Source: Pseudomonadota bacterium
GTDB taxonomy: Bacteria; Bdellovibrionota_B; Oligoflexia; Oligoflexales; CAIMVM01
Direction of reading: 5' to 3'
DNA length: 64,000 nt
Assembly: GCA_037142195.1 (NCBI GenBank)
Contig: JBAXBA010000008.1
Coordinates: 1-64,000 of the forward strand
Shown: positions 18,855-29,241 of the stretch, one piece after another
Position numbering within the stretch: the first letter of the stretch is position 1
Layout of the letters: every line of letters begins with the position of its first letter
Program-made: the position numbers and the translations under genes
The notes under the pieces: generated by a model
Databases searched by the model: none
The model's input: the letters and a program-made list of their open reading frames with translations, nothing else
Told to the model about the DNA's origin: nothing

Positions 18855-20974
18855 TACTCAAATTCCGCGTTAAAGGTTATCGATCCATCCGCATCATAGG
18901 GGCTTGGAAGGATTATGGTTCGCTCAAGCGTCTTGCCTTTATAGACTGCTTTCACAACATAGCTTCCAGCAGGAAGCGACAGTGTTTTTTTAGAATTTGA
19001 AAGATTCACACTTTCCCTAAGATGTATAGAGGAAACCTGTATGAGAACTTGGGGTGAGCTTGTAGTTAATGTGAGCTTATACAAAGGTGCCGGCTCCTTC
19101 TCTTTTTCAAGCTTAAGACTGAGAAGTTTGGTCGTTCGCCCCCCTTCCAACTTGGCCATACCGAGAGCGGACTTAAAACCTTCTTTGACAACTTTAACTT
19201 CATACCCTCCTGCTGGAAGCAAGATGGACTTTTCATGGCCTGATATGAGACCGTAGTCTATGCCATTTAAAAAGAGACGTCCTTCGCTTGTGGAGCTTAT
19301 ACTTAACGTGCCTTTTTCAAGGGCTTTAGGGCCCGGAGTCCCTTTTTTAGGAAGGCTCTGATCTGGTGGATTTAAGGTTTCTCTGGGTGGATTCGTCTGA
19401 TTAGGGCGAGGTCTAGGTTCCGTTGCTGTTGGCTCGTTGATTTTGCTGTCTGTGGGCTTTGATTCAGGGGGTAAAGCTTTAGCTCGAGGCACTTTCTTCA
19501 CCTTTATTTTTGTAGGCGGCGCAACGATGGGAGGTGTCTCGCGAAGTGGTGGCTTCTGCGAGAGTGAGGTTTCCCTGTAGTCAGATCCAGTATTTGGCTT
19601 CGTTTGCGGTTTCGTTTTTTGCTTAGGGTCTTCGTTTGGTGAGTCCTCAGAAGGAACTTTGGGTGCACTGGTTGCAGTTGGTGTTGAAGTTGGCGTTGAA
19701 GTCTTGTTGGAATTAGGTTTTGGTGAGCCTTCCTTTACCGGTCTATTCCCTTTAACGTCCACGATTCCTCTGATTCCCCAAGGCTGTATTTTGTCTAGGG
19801 AGAGCCACAATATTGGAATCAATAGAGCTATTAAGATTCCCATAAGAATCATGCCAAACTTTGTACCAGAAGATGATTCCTTCTTGAGAGCATAGGCAGA
19901 AGGAGTAGCCTTCGGTATATTTTTATAATGAGGCCTTTCGACTTTTAGAGGATAGGGCCCTCTGTCATTTGGAACTGTCTCAGATGGCTTTGAACTTGAG
20001 GGTTTTGGAGCATCTATCTTCTTAGGCTCGGTAGTCTTTTCGCCCGATGGAGATATTGCGCTTTCATTTAGACGCCGCAATTTTTCTTGATAGACTTTGG
20101 GTTGCCTAAATAGCTGTTCCATTTCAACGCGAGAGTCGCCAAAGCCGGCAGACTTCAATATCTGTTCCAACTTTTCTTCTACATCCATAGCATTCAAATA
20201 CCTGGAACTTGGTTTCTTCTCTAAACCTTTTAAGATGAATTCATTAATTGATGGCATAATTTCAGGACAAATATCTTTAGGCGGCATGGGATCATCTTCG
20301 ATGATTTTGGTGATGATCTCCGCGGCATGACTGCCCTTGAAAGGGACACTTCCTGTTACAAGCTCATAGTAGAGAACACAAAGGGAATACAAATCCGAGG
20401 AACTTGTTACAGCGGATCCTCGAATTTGTTCGGGAGACATATAGCTCGGAGACCCCATAAAAGTACCGGTTTGGGTCATGTCTCCCGTTGCCATGTCTTT
20501 TGCGATTCCAAAGTCCATGAGCTTAATTCTGCCGCTCTTGGTGATCATGATGTTCGAGGGTTTAATGTCACGGTGAATGATTCCGTGGCTATGGGACTCA
20601 TGTAAAGCGATTGATATTTCCCGAACGATGCAAGTCGCTATATAAGGATTTATACGGCGATTTTCAAAGTCTTTAAGGTATCGTGACAAATCTACGCCAT
20701 CGATTAACTCTGTGACAACCCAAAGTTCTTTTGAAGACTCACCGGAGAAGTCATAGATTTCTAAAATATTTGCATGGCGAAGTTTTGAAACAGAATGAGC
20801 CTCTTTAATGAACCTCTTCCTTAGATCTCTGCTGTTTTGCATGTGTTCGTGGAGAATTTTAACGGCGACTCTTCGATACAGTTTTCTGTCTTGCGCCTCA
20901 TAGACACTAGCCATACCGCCTTCGCCAATTTTTCGAAGACATTCATATCGATTTTCGATGAGGTGCTTTTTCAT
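18854..20974 (-). CDS. Hanks-type Ser/Thr protein kinase with TM segment and C-terminal PEGA-like domains
   Basis: IGEGGMASVY, VAVK, HRDIKPSN, DFG, GSPSYMSPEQ; TM FGMILMGILIALLIPILWL; PEGA-like LPAGGYEVKVVKEGF. Confidence 0.92.
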   Translation of the reverse strand: MKKHLIENRYECLRKIGEGGMASVYEAQDRKLYRRVAVKILHEHMQNSRDLRKRFIKEAHSVSKLRHANILEIYDFSGESSKELWVVTELIDGVDLSRYLKDFENRRINPYIATCIVREISIALHESHSHGIIHRDIKPSNIMITKSGRIKLMDFGIAKDMATGDMTQTGTFMGSPSYMSPEQIRGSAVTSSSDLYSLCVLYYELVTGSVPFKGSHAAEIITKIIEDDPMPPKDICPEIMPSINEFILKGLEKKPSSRYLNAMDVEEKLEQILKSAGFGDSRVEMEQLFRQPKVYQEKLRRLNESAISPSGEKTTEPKKIDAPKPSSSKPSETVPNDRGPYPLKVERPHYKNIPKATPSAYALKKESSSGTKFGMILMGILIALLIPILWLSLDKIQPWGIRGIVDVKGNRPVKEGSPKPNSNKTSTPTSTPTATSAPKVPSEDSPNEDPKQKTKPQTKPNTGSDYRETSLSQKPPLRETPPIVAPPTKIKVKKVPRAKALPPESKPTDSKINEPTATEPRPRPNQTNPPRETLNPPDQSLPKKGTPGPKALEKGTLSISSTSEGRLFLNGIDYGLISGHEKSILLPAGGYEVKVVKEGFKSALGMAKLEGGRTTKLLSLKLEKEKEPAPLYKLTLTTSSPQVLIQVSSIHLRESVNLSNSKKTLSLPAGSYVVKAVYKGKTLERTIILPSPYDADGSITFNAEFE

Positions 20975-21000
20975 TACGTACCTGTCAAGTAATGCTCGAC

Positions 21001-21027
21001 TTATCGGAAAAACCCTCAAATGCATGA
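21001..21027 (-). promoter_or_regulatory. Putative sigma28-type promoter
   Basis: Minus strand TCAT-N15-TCCGATAA, 27 nt upstream of the kinase ATG at 20974. Confidence 0.5.
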
Positions 21028-21129
21028 ACTATTCCGCTAAATTGTCGGAGTACCAAAAAATTTTCTGGTTTGATGAAATAGAAAATAAAAACGATGAAGG
21101 CGGCATTGTCAGATACATACAAATAAGCA

Positions 21130-21160
21130 ATTAGAGCAAGTCGGTTTGACTTGCTCTAAT
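21130..21160 (-). terminator. Hairpin terminator after the metalloprotease gene
   Basis: ATTAGAGCAAGTC-GGTTT-GACTTGCTCTAAT. Confidence 0.7.
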
Positions 21161-21201
21161 ATTTGCAAATGGTAATGTTTAAAGGGTGGCTGAATTAAGT
21201 C

Positions 21202-24012
21202 CTAAAGGGAGATCTTAGCTGCCGACTGGGAAAAAGTTTCGCTTAAATTGATCATGCGAATAAGAGGTGCAAAACTTCTATCGCCACGATTAAGTTCATT
21301 GCTGATTTTTTGAAGGCGGACCTCAAGCTCACTGAGTGCCAATGCAGATGGAGACGAGGAATAGCCATTCGCAAGTAGTGATAATGCTTTAGCGCTGGCT
21401 TCCATATTTTTAAGATTTGTTTGCCCCATATAGCGATATTCCACGCCGTCGACTATTACTTTAGCAACGCTGTAAGGATGGTTAAAGAAGTCTTCCTTTA
21501 ATGCTAGAGTCTGAACCATTCCAGTTACGCTTTTAAACTCCACACGAGTTCCTGCTGAGAGCATAATTTTATCTAGAAAAATGGTGGCCAATTTTCTATC
21601 TAAATTAAGGTCCGTCTCTGCGACGGCAAAGCCCCGTGGGACGACAGCCGCTAGTGACTTTTCCCCAGTAGTGGGACGCTTTGCAAGTATCCTTTCAGCG
21701 GCAGAAATAAAGCCATTTAAAGACGTTCCAATAACGATGTCGCTATCTGCTTTTCTTAAGGGAACAATTTCATTTTCAAATTTAGAAACATCTATGGAAA
21801 GGTTTTCTAACAGGCTTGGAATGGAACCCCCGTGGATTCTTTTAAACTCATCCCACCAGGGTTCTGTATTCTGAATAGATTGACCAAATCCTAGGTTTAA
21901 GATTTCAGGTAATAGTTCTAGACGTTTCTTCTCATTTAAAGACTGACTAGCTCTAGAGTAGGAATCTAGGAAGCTCAGCCAAAGTTTGCCTTGTTCGATG
22001 CCTAGGTTTTTAATCAGAGCTAAGGAACTCGTAACATCTTCAGGCAATCCAGAAAGCTGAAGCTTTCTTATAGGTTTGGCAACATTGAATTGAATAGATT
22101 GTTTGATTTCTTTTCCGAAGTCATAGCGCTGGCATTGGCTGAGTGGGTCGACCGTGTCTTCATCGGTACAAAATTGAGTCGGCTTATCCACGGTTATTTT
22201 TGAAAGATCGCCGTTATAGGCGACCGCCAATGCGATCAAATCATAGACTCCGAGTCCAGGATTTTCTACATATCCATCGGTTGTCTCTAGGGCTTTCGCG
22301 TGCTCAACAATTTCAAAGCCATACAGCACATAGTCCATAATGGAGTCAGTATTCTCTAAAGTTTTTACAGGAGTCTGGATCTTCGCCGGTGACTGAGATG
22401 CAATAAAGTTATGTCTTAGGCCGAAAGTGTGACCTAGTTCGTGAATGATTACAGCGCGTACCATACTTTTAGCGGCAAGTTCAGGGCTGATTTGCGCCAA
22501 GCCTTCAGGTATGGGGCCACCAAGGTCTGAAAATGTCGTTTGAATATCCTGAATGCAATCAATTCCTGATTTCGGTCTCTCGGCGCCAGTTGATAGGTTT
22601 TGAGAGGCTTTGAAATCTAAGCTATCTACAGCTTCATAGGGACTTTGTGAGTTAGAAGACGAGCGACGGTCTCCCGTTAATGCCGCTCCGGAATTCTGGC
22701 TTATGACGCCTAAATCGGCGAGGATTTTTTCACATTTTTGATTAGCTGCTTCCAGCACTTCAGGTGATGTGTAGAGTTTTGAACCTTTTTCCCCAATTAT
22801 AGTCGTTTGAAGGACTTGATAGCGGCAGCCTGCCATAGCCCACATAGCGCCCGTCATAAAAACGTCTGCGGACTTTACGATTCCTGTAAACGGATGAGCC
22901 GCTGCAGTTGCCCATGCAGAGCCAATGGTGCCATCGTTATTCCACTCAATAACACTAATTCTTGGATCTGCGGCTTCGATAACCGTAAATTCTGGGTGCT
23001 TGGCTTTAAATTCATCGGCCGTATAAGCCACAATTCCAGCGTTTGGAATGCTCATGGCCTCAAAAGCACGTGCGTAGCTATTCACAGCAGATTTTACAAC
23101 ATCGACCATAGATTTAGGAGTGTCTTCAGAAAGAACAAATTCTATGGGTTTTGAAGTGTCATAACGCCTGACCGCTTGAAAAGGTTCTTGCGTGGATCCG
23201 TTAGGAGTTCCGAGAATATCATCTGTTAAAAAGTAGGGAGTCATATCGGAACGCCCGCTCACATCGTCCACGGCGCCAGAAGAGAACATTTTCTTCCGAG
23301 CCTCTTCTAGCTTCAATGTTGAAGATGATGGGTCCACTTCGGTGGTAGGAGAAAATCCTAGGTAGAAAACGTGGCCATTTGAAGTGACAACCGTTTCCTC
23401 ACCACTCTTTTGCGAATTGACCACACGCATATTGTAACGAATGGCAAGATCCGTTGTTCCGGTGAGACAGTTGAATTTAGCTAAACTTTCAGAGCTGCAT
23501 TTGGCAAGTGCTGGCGTAGTGGCCCGAATGGACGTGGTGTCCCAATTTCCGGATTCTCCGAGAAGATTGCTAACAAATCTTTTGTCGTCAGGGGAGGAAA
23601 AGTCTATTTGAAGTTTAGTCTTTGCTGGATTGACTTTCTGAATCGGAAAGCTTGTGATGATCAAATCAGGGTAGTGAGAATGGTTAGACACGCCTTCAGG
23701 GCGCTCAAGCACATAAAGACGGCCAGCATTAATTTCAAAACGTACTAATTTCCCTTGAAGTGCATTGAAAGTTTGCCGAGTCAGGTTTCCATCATGTGCT
23801 GAAATAGAAAGAGAAAAACTTTGATTGAGAAGCCAGTCTTTATCGATTATGACAAGATCTGAGTCAAAATCAGCATCTTGCACCTGTGTCACATCCTGAA
23901 ATGCTAAAGGCTTTTCTTCGCCATGGACTACTTTAGGCTTGGATTTTTTGGAACATCCATAACTTGAAATAACTAAGCCCAGAGCTACTGCATAAACTTT
24001 CACCGTCGACAT
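21202..24012 (-). CDS. Large zinc-dependent metalloprotease lipoprotein (EcxA-like metzincin)
   Basis: GGAGG RBS; lipobox SSYGC; HELGHTFGLRHNFIAS; Met-turn SIMDY; FCTDED. Confidence 0.88.
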   Translation of the reverse strand: MSTVKVYAVALGLVISSYGCSKKSKPKVVHGEEKPLAFQDVTQVQDADFDSDLVIIDKDWLLNQSFSLSISAHDGNLTRQTFNALQGKLVRFEINAGRLYVLERPEGVSNHSHYPDLIITSFPIQKVNPAKTKLQIDFSSPDDKRFVSNLLGESGNWDTTSIRATTPALAKCSSESLAKFNCLTGTTDLAIRYNMRVVNSQKSGEETVVTSNGHVFYLGFSPTTEVDPSSSTLKLEEARKKMFSSGAVDDVSGRSDMTPYFLTDDILGTPNGSTQEPFQAVRRYDTSKPIEFVLSEDTPKSMVDVVKSAVNSYARAFEAMSIPNAGIVAYTADEFKAKHPEFTVIEAADPRISVIEWNNDGTIGSAWATAAAHPFTGIVKSADVFMTGAMWAMAGCRYQVLQTTIIGEKGSKLYTSPEVLEAANQKCEKILADLGVISQNSGAALTGDRRSSSNSQSPYEAVDSLDFKASQNLSTGAERPKSGIDCIQDIQTTFSDLGGPIPEGLAQISPELAAKSMVRAVIIHELGHTFGLRHNFIASQSPAKIQTPVKTLENTDSIMDYVLYGFEIVEHAKALETTDGYVENPGLGVYDLIALAVAYNGDLSKITVDKPTQFCTDEDTVDPLSQCQRYDFGKEIKQSIQFNVAKPIRKLQLSGLPEDVTSSLALIKNLGIEQGKLWLSFLDSYSRASQSLNEKKRLELLPEILNLGFGQSIQNTEPWWDEFKRIHGGSIPSLLENLSIDVSKFENEIVPLRKADSDIVIGTSLNGFISAAERILAKRPTTGEKSLAAVVPRGFAVAETDLNLDRKLATIFLDKIMLSAGTRVEFKSVTGMVQTLALKEDFFNHPYSVAKVIVDGVEYRYMGQTNLKNMEASAKALSLLANGYSSSPSALALSELEVRLQKISNELNRGDRSFAPLIRMINLSETFSQSAAKISL

Positions 24013-24209
24013 ATTTCCTCCTGAGGTGCAACCAGGGAGAGGAAATACCAAACAAGACCGGCCGATGTCATTAAAAAAGAATTTTTTAAGGATTTAGGCA
24101 GCTTGGATCAGAACCCACGGGGGTATTTGAACCTGGAGGATGTGCGATAAGTATCAGAAAATAAGAGATAATTGTGAAATTTGGGTTTTTTGGGGTTGAG
24201 CTTAGTTTC

Positions 24210-25430
24210 CTACAGTTGGCGAGTCCACTCGAGAAGAACATCTCTGCCCAAAATAGAAGACTGTTTCAAGTTTAAAAAAGCGGATTCTTTAAGGTCTGCG
24301 CTAAGGTTCTCGCCGACTCGGTGGGAGCCCCCCAAAAAGAGGGGAGCCATAAAGACATGGCCGCCAACAGCATGATTCTGCTTAATTAATTGAGTTAGCA
24401 GTCGTGGCCCACCTTCTACAAGAATGCTGCCAAGGGGTTTTTTAAGGAAGTTTTGAAGAGCTGGAGGGTTAAGGGCGGCATCCCAATTTAAGGGATCCTG
24501 TCTATCAAGTGTCCGTACCAAATGGCCTTTTTCTTCGACTAATTCCGTAAAGGGGTTTCTGGAATTTGTCGTTAACAAAATGCTTTTTGCTCCCGCGCAG
24601 AAGGTCTTTTCTAAAATAGCTTGACTTACGGAGGCGGGTAATGAGTTGGAAAGAGCTCCGCCTGGGTCATAAATAAGCCTGACGGGTTGCTTGTCAGGAG
24701 TTGCCAGGGGGTGACGTGAAAGAAGGGATGGAACATCAGCTATAACGGTTCGGGCGCCAACCAATATGGCGTCGTATCGCAATCGCAGATATTGGGTATA
24801 GAGTCGAGACTCCTCGCAGCTAATCCATTGACTCTTTCCCGTATGATGAGCCAAGGCTCCGTCGATGGACTGGGCCCATTTCAATACCCGCGGTATTTTT
24901 TTTGTCGTTATCTGGTGGGCGAAGCACATATTCAGAGCTCTTGCTTCAGCCTCTAGAACGCCAACTTCCACCTGAACGCCCGTCCTTTCAAGGGCCTCAA
25001 GACCTGTTCTCTGGACGAGGGGATTGGGGTCCCGCATAGCGATCACCATCCTTTTGATGCCAAGCGGGAGGATCGCTTCAATGCAAGGAGGCTGTTTACC
25101 TTGATGAGTGCAAGGCTCCAAAGTGACATACATGGTTGCGTCTTTGGCAGAAGCTTTGTCTATTTTGGAAAGTGCCTTTGCCTCAGCATGCAAGCCGCCA
25201 TAAGATTCTGTAAATCCTCTGGCAAGCTCTTCTCCATTTTTAACAATAATGCATCCCACCGAGGGATTGGGAGACGCCCCTGGAAAGCCGTTCATCGCCT
25301 CAAGTAGGGCCTCTGCCATCCAATAGGCATCGGACTGGAGAGCGAAGGGATTGGCCCATGCCCTATTCAGGGCGATGTCTTTCCAGCCGACCAAGCTAAA
25401 GCTCGGATGCAAAAGGCTATTGGGCGTCAT
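24210..25430 (-). CDS. ribD: Bifunctional riboflavin deaminase/reductase RibD
   Basis: PNPSVGC, HAE, TLEPCTH..PPC, KWAQSIDG, SQWIS, LVEGG; start taken at the ATG overlapping the upstream gene stop. Confidence 0.93.
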   Translation of the reverse strand: MTPNSLLHPSFSLVGWKDIALNRAWANPFALQSDAYWMAEALLEAMNGFPGASPNPSVGCIIVKNGEELARGFTESYGGLHAEAKALSKIDKASAKDATMYVTLEPCTHQGKQPPCIEAILPLGIKRMVIAMRDPNPLVQRTGLEALERTGVQVEVGVLEAEARALNMCFAHQITTKKIPRVLKWAQSIDGALAHHTGKSQWISCEESRLYTQYLRLRYDAILVGARTVIADVPSLLSRHPLATPDKQPVRLIYDPGGALSNSLPASVSQAILEKTFCAGAKSILLTTNSRNPFTELVEEKGHLVRTLDRQDPLNWDAALNPPALQNFLKKPLGSILVEGGPRLLTQLIKQNHAVGGHVFMAPLFLGGSHRVGENLSADLKESAFLNLKQSSILGRDVLLEWTRQL

Positions 25431-26886
25431 GGGGAAGAGCTTCATAATAGGACGTAAACTTCTTGTTAGGATTATAGTAGCGGAGATTAGACACGCGACT
25501 GGTGTACATACAAGCAAAACTCGACATTTGATTGGCAAAGCGAGATCTTTCCAGTCCCACTTTCATCAGCTCTCCCCACGTGGGATGGATCAAGGCTTCT
25601 CGGTCTTTGATCGACTTAGAGATGAGGGCGTCTACATCCTCAACTTTATGTTTTGATTCTTTCAGTTCTTCTCTAAGCTTGTCGTTTTCTTTTTGTAAAT
25701 GCTGAGCTTTTTTGGAGTCACCCTTTTCTTCCGCCTTGTCGCGGTGCCTCGAATTGGATTTCATAATGGAGACTATCTTTTGAATTTCCGACTCATACAA
25801 CTCTCTTTGTTCCATTAACAAATGGATTTCTTTCAGGCTTGATTTTTGTTCATCCACTTTTGAGAGTTCCCGCTCAAGCTCTTCAATTATGAGCAGTGTT
25901 CGCCAATTCAGGCGGTCTTTGGACTGCATGATATCGCCAAAAATATGGTCGCCTACATAGAGGATCTCATCACCACCAAATCCTGTGATTCCTTGGAAGA
26001 GTCGGGCTGAGCCGCCATGGTACACGGCATTTTTTTGAAGGGCTCCTTCATGATGTTTGAAAAGGCCTGATTCGGTCATGACCTCAAAAAAAGGCTGCAT
26101 TCCCATAAAAAATCCTGGTTTCCCCGCTCCTACAATAACCCAATCAAAATAGTCGCGCCAACTTGGCAAGTCTTCAATTTGATTGTCTAGCAAATAAGTC
26201 ATAATATTTTGGGTGTAGGCCCAGTTCGAATTAGTTAATAAGAAAAGCGACTTGCCTGTATCTTTGAGGTTAAGTAAGGTTTTTGCTAGATATTTATCCT
26301 TTAAAATAAAGGTCTCAGGTGATTCGAGGACCTTATTTTTAATGGTTCCATCACGGTGGGAAAGATCAATAAAATAGCGCAAATCAGAATATACTTCGGT
26401 GTAGGTTTTAAGAATTTCTCCTGGATGGCGCTCCATATATTCCACGATTTCCATAAATATTTGAACTTCAGAAAGAGCAAATAACGTATCGACAGAAAGA
26501 AAACTTTCGGCTTTAAAGCTATCACGATTGTAATGAGTATAACGCTCAGCTTTGGTTAACTTTCGGTGTCCATGGTAAGCGATTTTTACATATTTGTGGC
26601 CGTCTACTTTAAGAACATTGCCGCGCTCTCTATCCACCAATAGACCACGAATTAAGAAACTAGGATCAAACTTGAGATTTAATAAAGCTTCTGGATACCC
26701 AGCAGCGAAAAACTTCTTTAAGGTTTCATGAAATGCGAGCTCCTCAAAACGTTCGCTGTTATACATACAAAGTGTATGGTCCATATCAAAGCCAATAGCT
26801 TTTATCGATTCCATATTTAGCGAGCGATTGACGAAAACCTTTTGCCATTGTTTCGGGGAGCGAATTTCACCGTCTTTATTTGCCAT
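25417..26886 (-). CDS. HAD-superfamily 5'-nucleotidase, cN-II (IMP/GMP-specific) family
   Basis: VFVNRSL, GFDMDHTL, LLTNS, KPGFF, YVGDHIFGDI, WRTLLII, YTSRVSNL. Confidence 0.9.
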   Translation of the reverse strand: MANKDGEIRSPKQWQKVFVNRSLNMESIKAIGFDMDHTLCMYNSERFEELAFHETLKKFFAAGYPEALLNLKFDPSFLIRGLLVDRERGNVLKVDGHKYVKIAYHGHRKLTKAERYTHYNRDSFKAESFLSVDTLFALSEVQIFMEIVEYMERHPGEILKTYTEVYSDLRYFIDLSHRDGTIKNKVLESPETFILKDKYLAKTLLNLKDTGKSLFLLTNSNWAYTQNIMTYLLDNQIEDLPSWRDYFDWVIVGAGKPGFFMGMQPFFEVMTESGLFKHHEGALQKNAVYHGGSARLFQGITGFGGDEILYVGDHIFGDIMQSKDRLNWRTLLIIEELERELSKVDEQKSSLKEIHLLMEQRELYESEIQKIVSIMKSNSRHRDKAEEKGDSKKAQHLQKENDKLREELKESKHKVEDVDALISKSIKDREALIHPTWGELMKVGLERSRFANQMSSFACMYTSRVSNLRYYNPNKKFTSYYEALPHDAQ

Positions 26887-27469
26887 TTCCATCCTCGCTG
26901 ATGAGCTGAATTCCAATTTGGTGACGTATCCTGCCATTTATATTGACGAACTTACGGTTGTAGACAATTTTGCCAGACACATTTTGTCTTCCGCCTTCCA
27001 TGATGAGAGCAATTGCAGGAAGCTCTCTACCGGGTTTCAAAAGATCAGAATTCCAAGCTGTCATCAGAGACAAGCCCGTTTTGGAAACGTCTAAAATTCG
27101 TTTTCGTATTTTTGAGCGACCATCTATCGGGTTTATGAATTCACACCAAGCTTCTTCGTGGGAAAGTGGAATTCTTTCTTCGGATCGACTTTCTGAGGTT
27201 TCTTCGATATTGCTGTAATTAAAAACAATGTTTACACCATCACTTGAGATATGGTCTGCCGATAGCCTAAAGCTTCCCGTCGTCAAGAAGTGGCCTTCAG
27301 CACCTACATATGCCGATATATATTCCAATGGGACTGTATTTTGTAAAATGAGATACCCATCACTTACACTCAGAATTCTTGTAACAAAGGAAGTGTCTAC
27401 TCCTATAGCCGCAAGCATAACCTGGCCTTTTGTCTCTAAGATGGAATCTAAATGTTCTCTAACTTTCAA
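26876..27469 (-). CDS. PilZ-domain (c-di-GMP receptor) protein
   Basis: RxxxR (RSEER) and DxSxxG (DVSKTG) motifs after a YcgR-like N-terminal domain. Confidence 0.75.
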   Translation of the reverse strand: MKVREHLDSILETKGQVMLAAIGVDTSFVTRILSVSDGYLILQNTVPLEYISAYVGAEGHFLTTGSFRLSADHISSDGVNIVFNYSNIEETSESRSEERIPLSHEEAWCEFINPIDGRSKIRKRILDVSKTGLSLMTAWNSDLLKPGRELPAIALIMEGGRQNVSGKIVYNRKFVNINGRIRHQIGIQLISEDGNGK

Positions 27470-27525
27470 AAGTCTCTCACTTTCTTTGGGTCAAATCTTT
27501 TAGATTTAAGGTAAATGCGGTTTGT

Positions 27526-29241
27526 CTAACGAATAGCTCTCTCCAAGCCGCGATCTGCAAATCTTTCAATGTATTTTAGCACCTTATTCATAGAAGGAAA
27601 AGCAAGTGAAACACCGCCAAAAAAAGAGTTTTTCTCGAATTGATTTTCTTTCTGACTCGGATTTTGATTAGAAACTCGTCTGTAGGCGAAGAATACTCGA
27701 TTGAATTGCGTATATCCCCATGAAGCTTGGGCAGAAAACATGAGACCGTTGTCTTTTCTCGCACAAAACTGTGGGAGGGTTTCTGTGCCAGTATTGTCCG
27801 TAACTCCCGTAGACCTGCAGGAATTGGACTTCACGATATTTTCAATGTAGGTGTCAACATAAATGCCAGCGCTGCCCGCGATTTCAAAGGTAGGGAAAAG
27901 TGTGTGGCTAAAAGTTAGCATTCCCCCATTTCGTGAGTTGTCCAAATACGGGTCATTGTAAATGAGTTCGTAATGAAAGCCGTCGAGTCGAAGATTGGCT
28001 TTAATATTTGGGAAATTTATCGATGCGGAGACGCCGAGGCTTAAAGGTAGACTGGAAATTTCAAAGCTATAAGTTTTATAAGAGATCTCTTCAAACTCAT
28101 AATTAATGAATTTTTCAAAGTACCAAAATGCTACAATTCTGACATTTTGAGATGGGGCAAACCCGATCCATGGGGTGACAAGGGTTTCATCGGAAAGCGG
28201 CAGAGACTCGTCAATTCCAGAGGACTCGGGACCTGCAAGGGATGATCCCACCTTGGAATAGGTTCTAGAGGTGTAAAGACCTGCAGTAAGGGACTTAGAA
28301 ATATCAAACTTTAAGTCTAGATAGAACTGATGATCTCTTTGCATGAGATCAGTTCTAAAGGGCTGCCAAGCAAAGTCAGTGGGGTCCTTTTGATAGGTGT
28401 CGAGTCGCTCACTGGTTGTCATCCAGACTTGATCATAGGAGTATCCGGCAATAAAGCTGGTAGCTCCTTGCTTAATGGGTCCGATTCCAGCTGCCGTCTT
28501 TAAATTGAGATAGGCGTCTTGATCCGCTAGGGAAACAAGTACACTCTTGCCATTTTCCTCTTTGGGGGCCTGAAAGGAATAAGTATTTACGCCACCACTA
28601 AAACCTAGATACCAAAAGTGAGGGCGGCTCATGAGTGAAAGGGGAGAGTACTTAAAAAGTGCAGCGTCAAGATTTGGCTTTTCATATCCTACTAAGTCGC
28701 GGTCATAGACTTCATCATCCAGGCTAGTCTTGACGAGTATCATTTTTGAGAAAAAGCTTCCCCTCGGAAATTTTACAAAGTAGTTTTTTAAACGGAGTTT
28801 GGCCTCTTCGGTATTTTGATCATGATAAGAAAGCATCACAAGCTCCACTAAGGCAGCTTCCGTCCACTGATTCTTCGAAAAAGACAGCTTTTCAAAATAG
28901 CGCTCTGCAAATACTTTATTCCCGAGAGCCTGATAACATAGACCCTGATAGAAATGATTTGTAGCGCGAGAAGCAGCCTTGTCTTGGGCGTACTTTAAAT
29001 ACTTTAGGGATTGCCTCGCTTGTCCTGTATGGTAGTAAGCAACACCTAAGATGCTCCATGCGTTGAAGTCCTTGGGGTTCTTCCTCAGATGACCTCTTAT
29101 GATCTTTATGGCTTGGTCGTATTTTTTAGATGACAAAGCTGCGCTAGCTTCGCTGGGAATTTCCGCAAAGCAAGGTTTTGCGCACAACAGCACACAAATG
29201 AGGCAGATCGCCCGGTAGCAATATTTAAAATTAATAGACAT
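27526..29241 (-). CDS. Exported TPR-repeat protein with C-terminal beta-barrel-like domain
   Basis: Signal peptide; TPRs (AWSILGVAYYHTG, HFYQGLCYQALG); aromatic-rich alternating strands in the C-terminal 2/3. Confidence 0.72.
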   Translation of the reverse strand: MSINFKYCYRAICLICVLLCAKPCFAEIPSEASAALSSKKYDQAIKIIRGHLRKNPKDFNAWSILGVAYYHTGQARQSLKYLKYAQDKAASRATNHFYQGLCYQALGNKVFAERYFEKLSFSKNQWTEAALVELVMLSYHDQNTEEAKLRLKNYFVKFPRGSFFSKMILVKTSLDDEVYDRDLVGYEKPNLDAALFKYSPLSLMSRPHFWYLGFSGGVNTYSFQAPKEENGKSVLVSLADQDAYLNLKTAAGIGPIKQGATSFIAGYSYDQVWMTTSERLDTYQKDPTDFAWQPFRTDLMQRDHQFYLDLKFDISKSLTAGLYTSRTYSKVGSSLAGPESSGIDESLPLSDETLVTPWIGFAPSQNVRIVAFWYFEKFINYEFEEISYKTYSFEISSLPLSLGVSASINFPNIKANLRLDGFHYELIYNDPYLDNSRNGGMLTFSHTLFPTFEIAGSAGIYVDTYIENIVKSNSCRSTGVTDNTGTETLPQFCARKDNGLMFSAQASWGYTQFNRVFFAYRRVSNQNPSQKENQFEKNSFFGGVSLAFPSMNKVLKYIERFADRGLERAIR

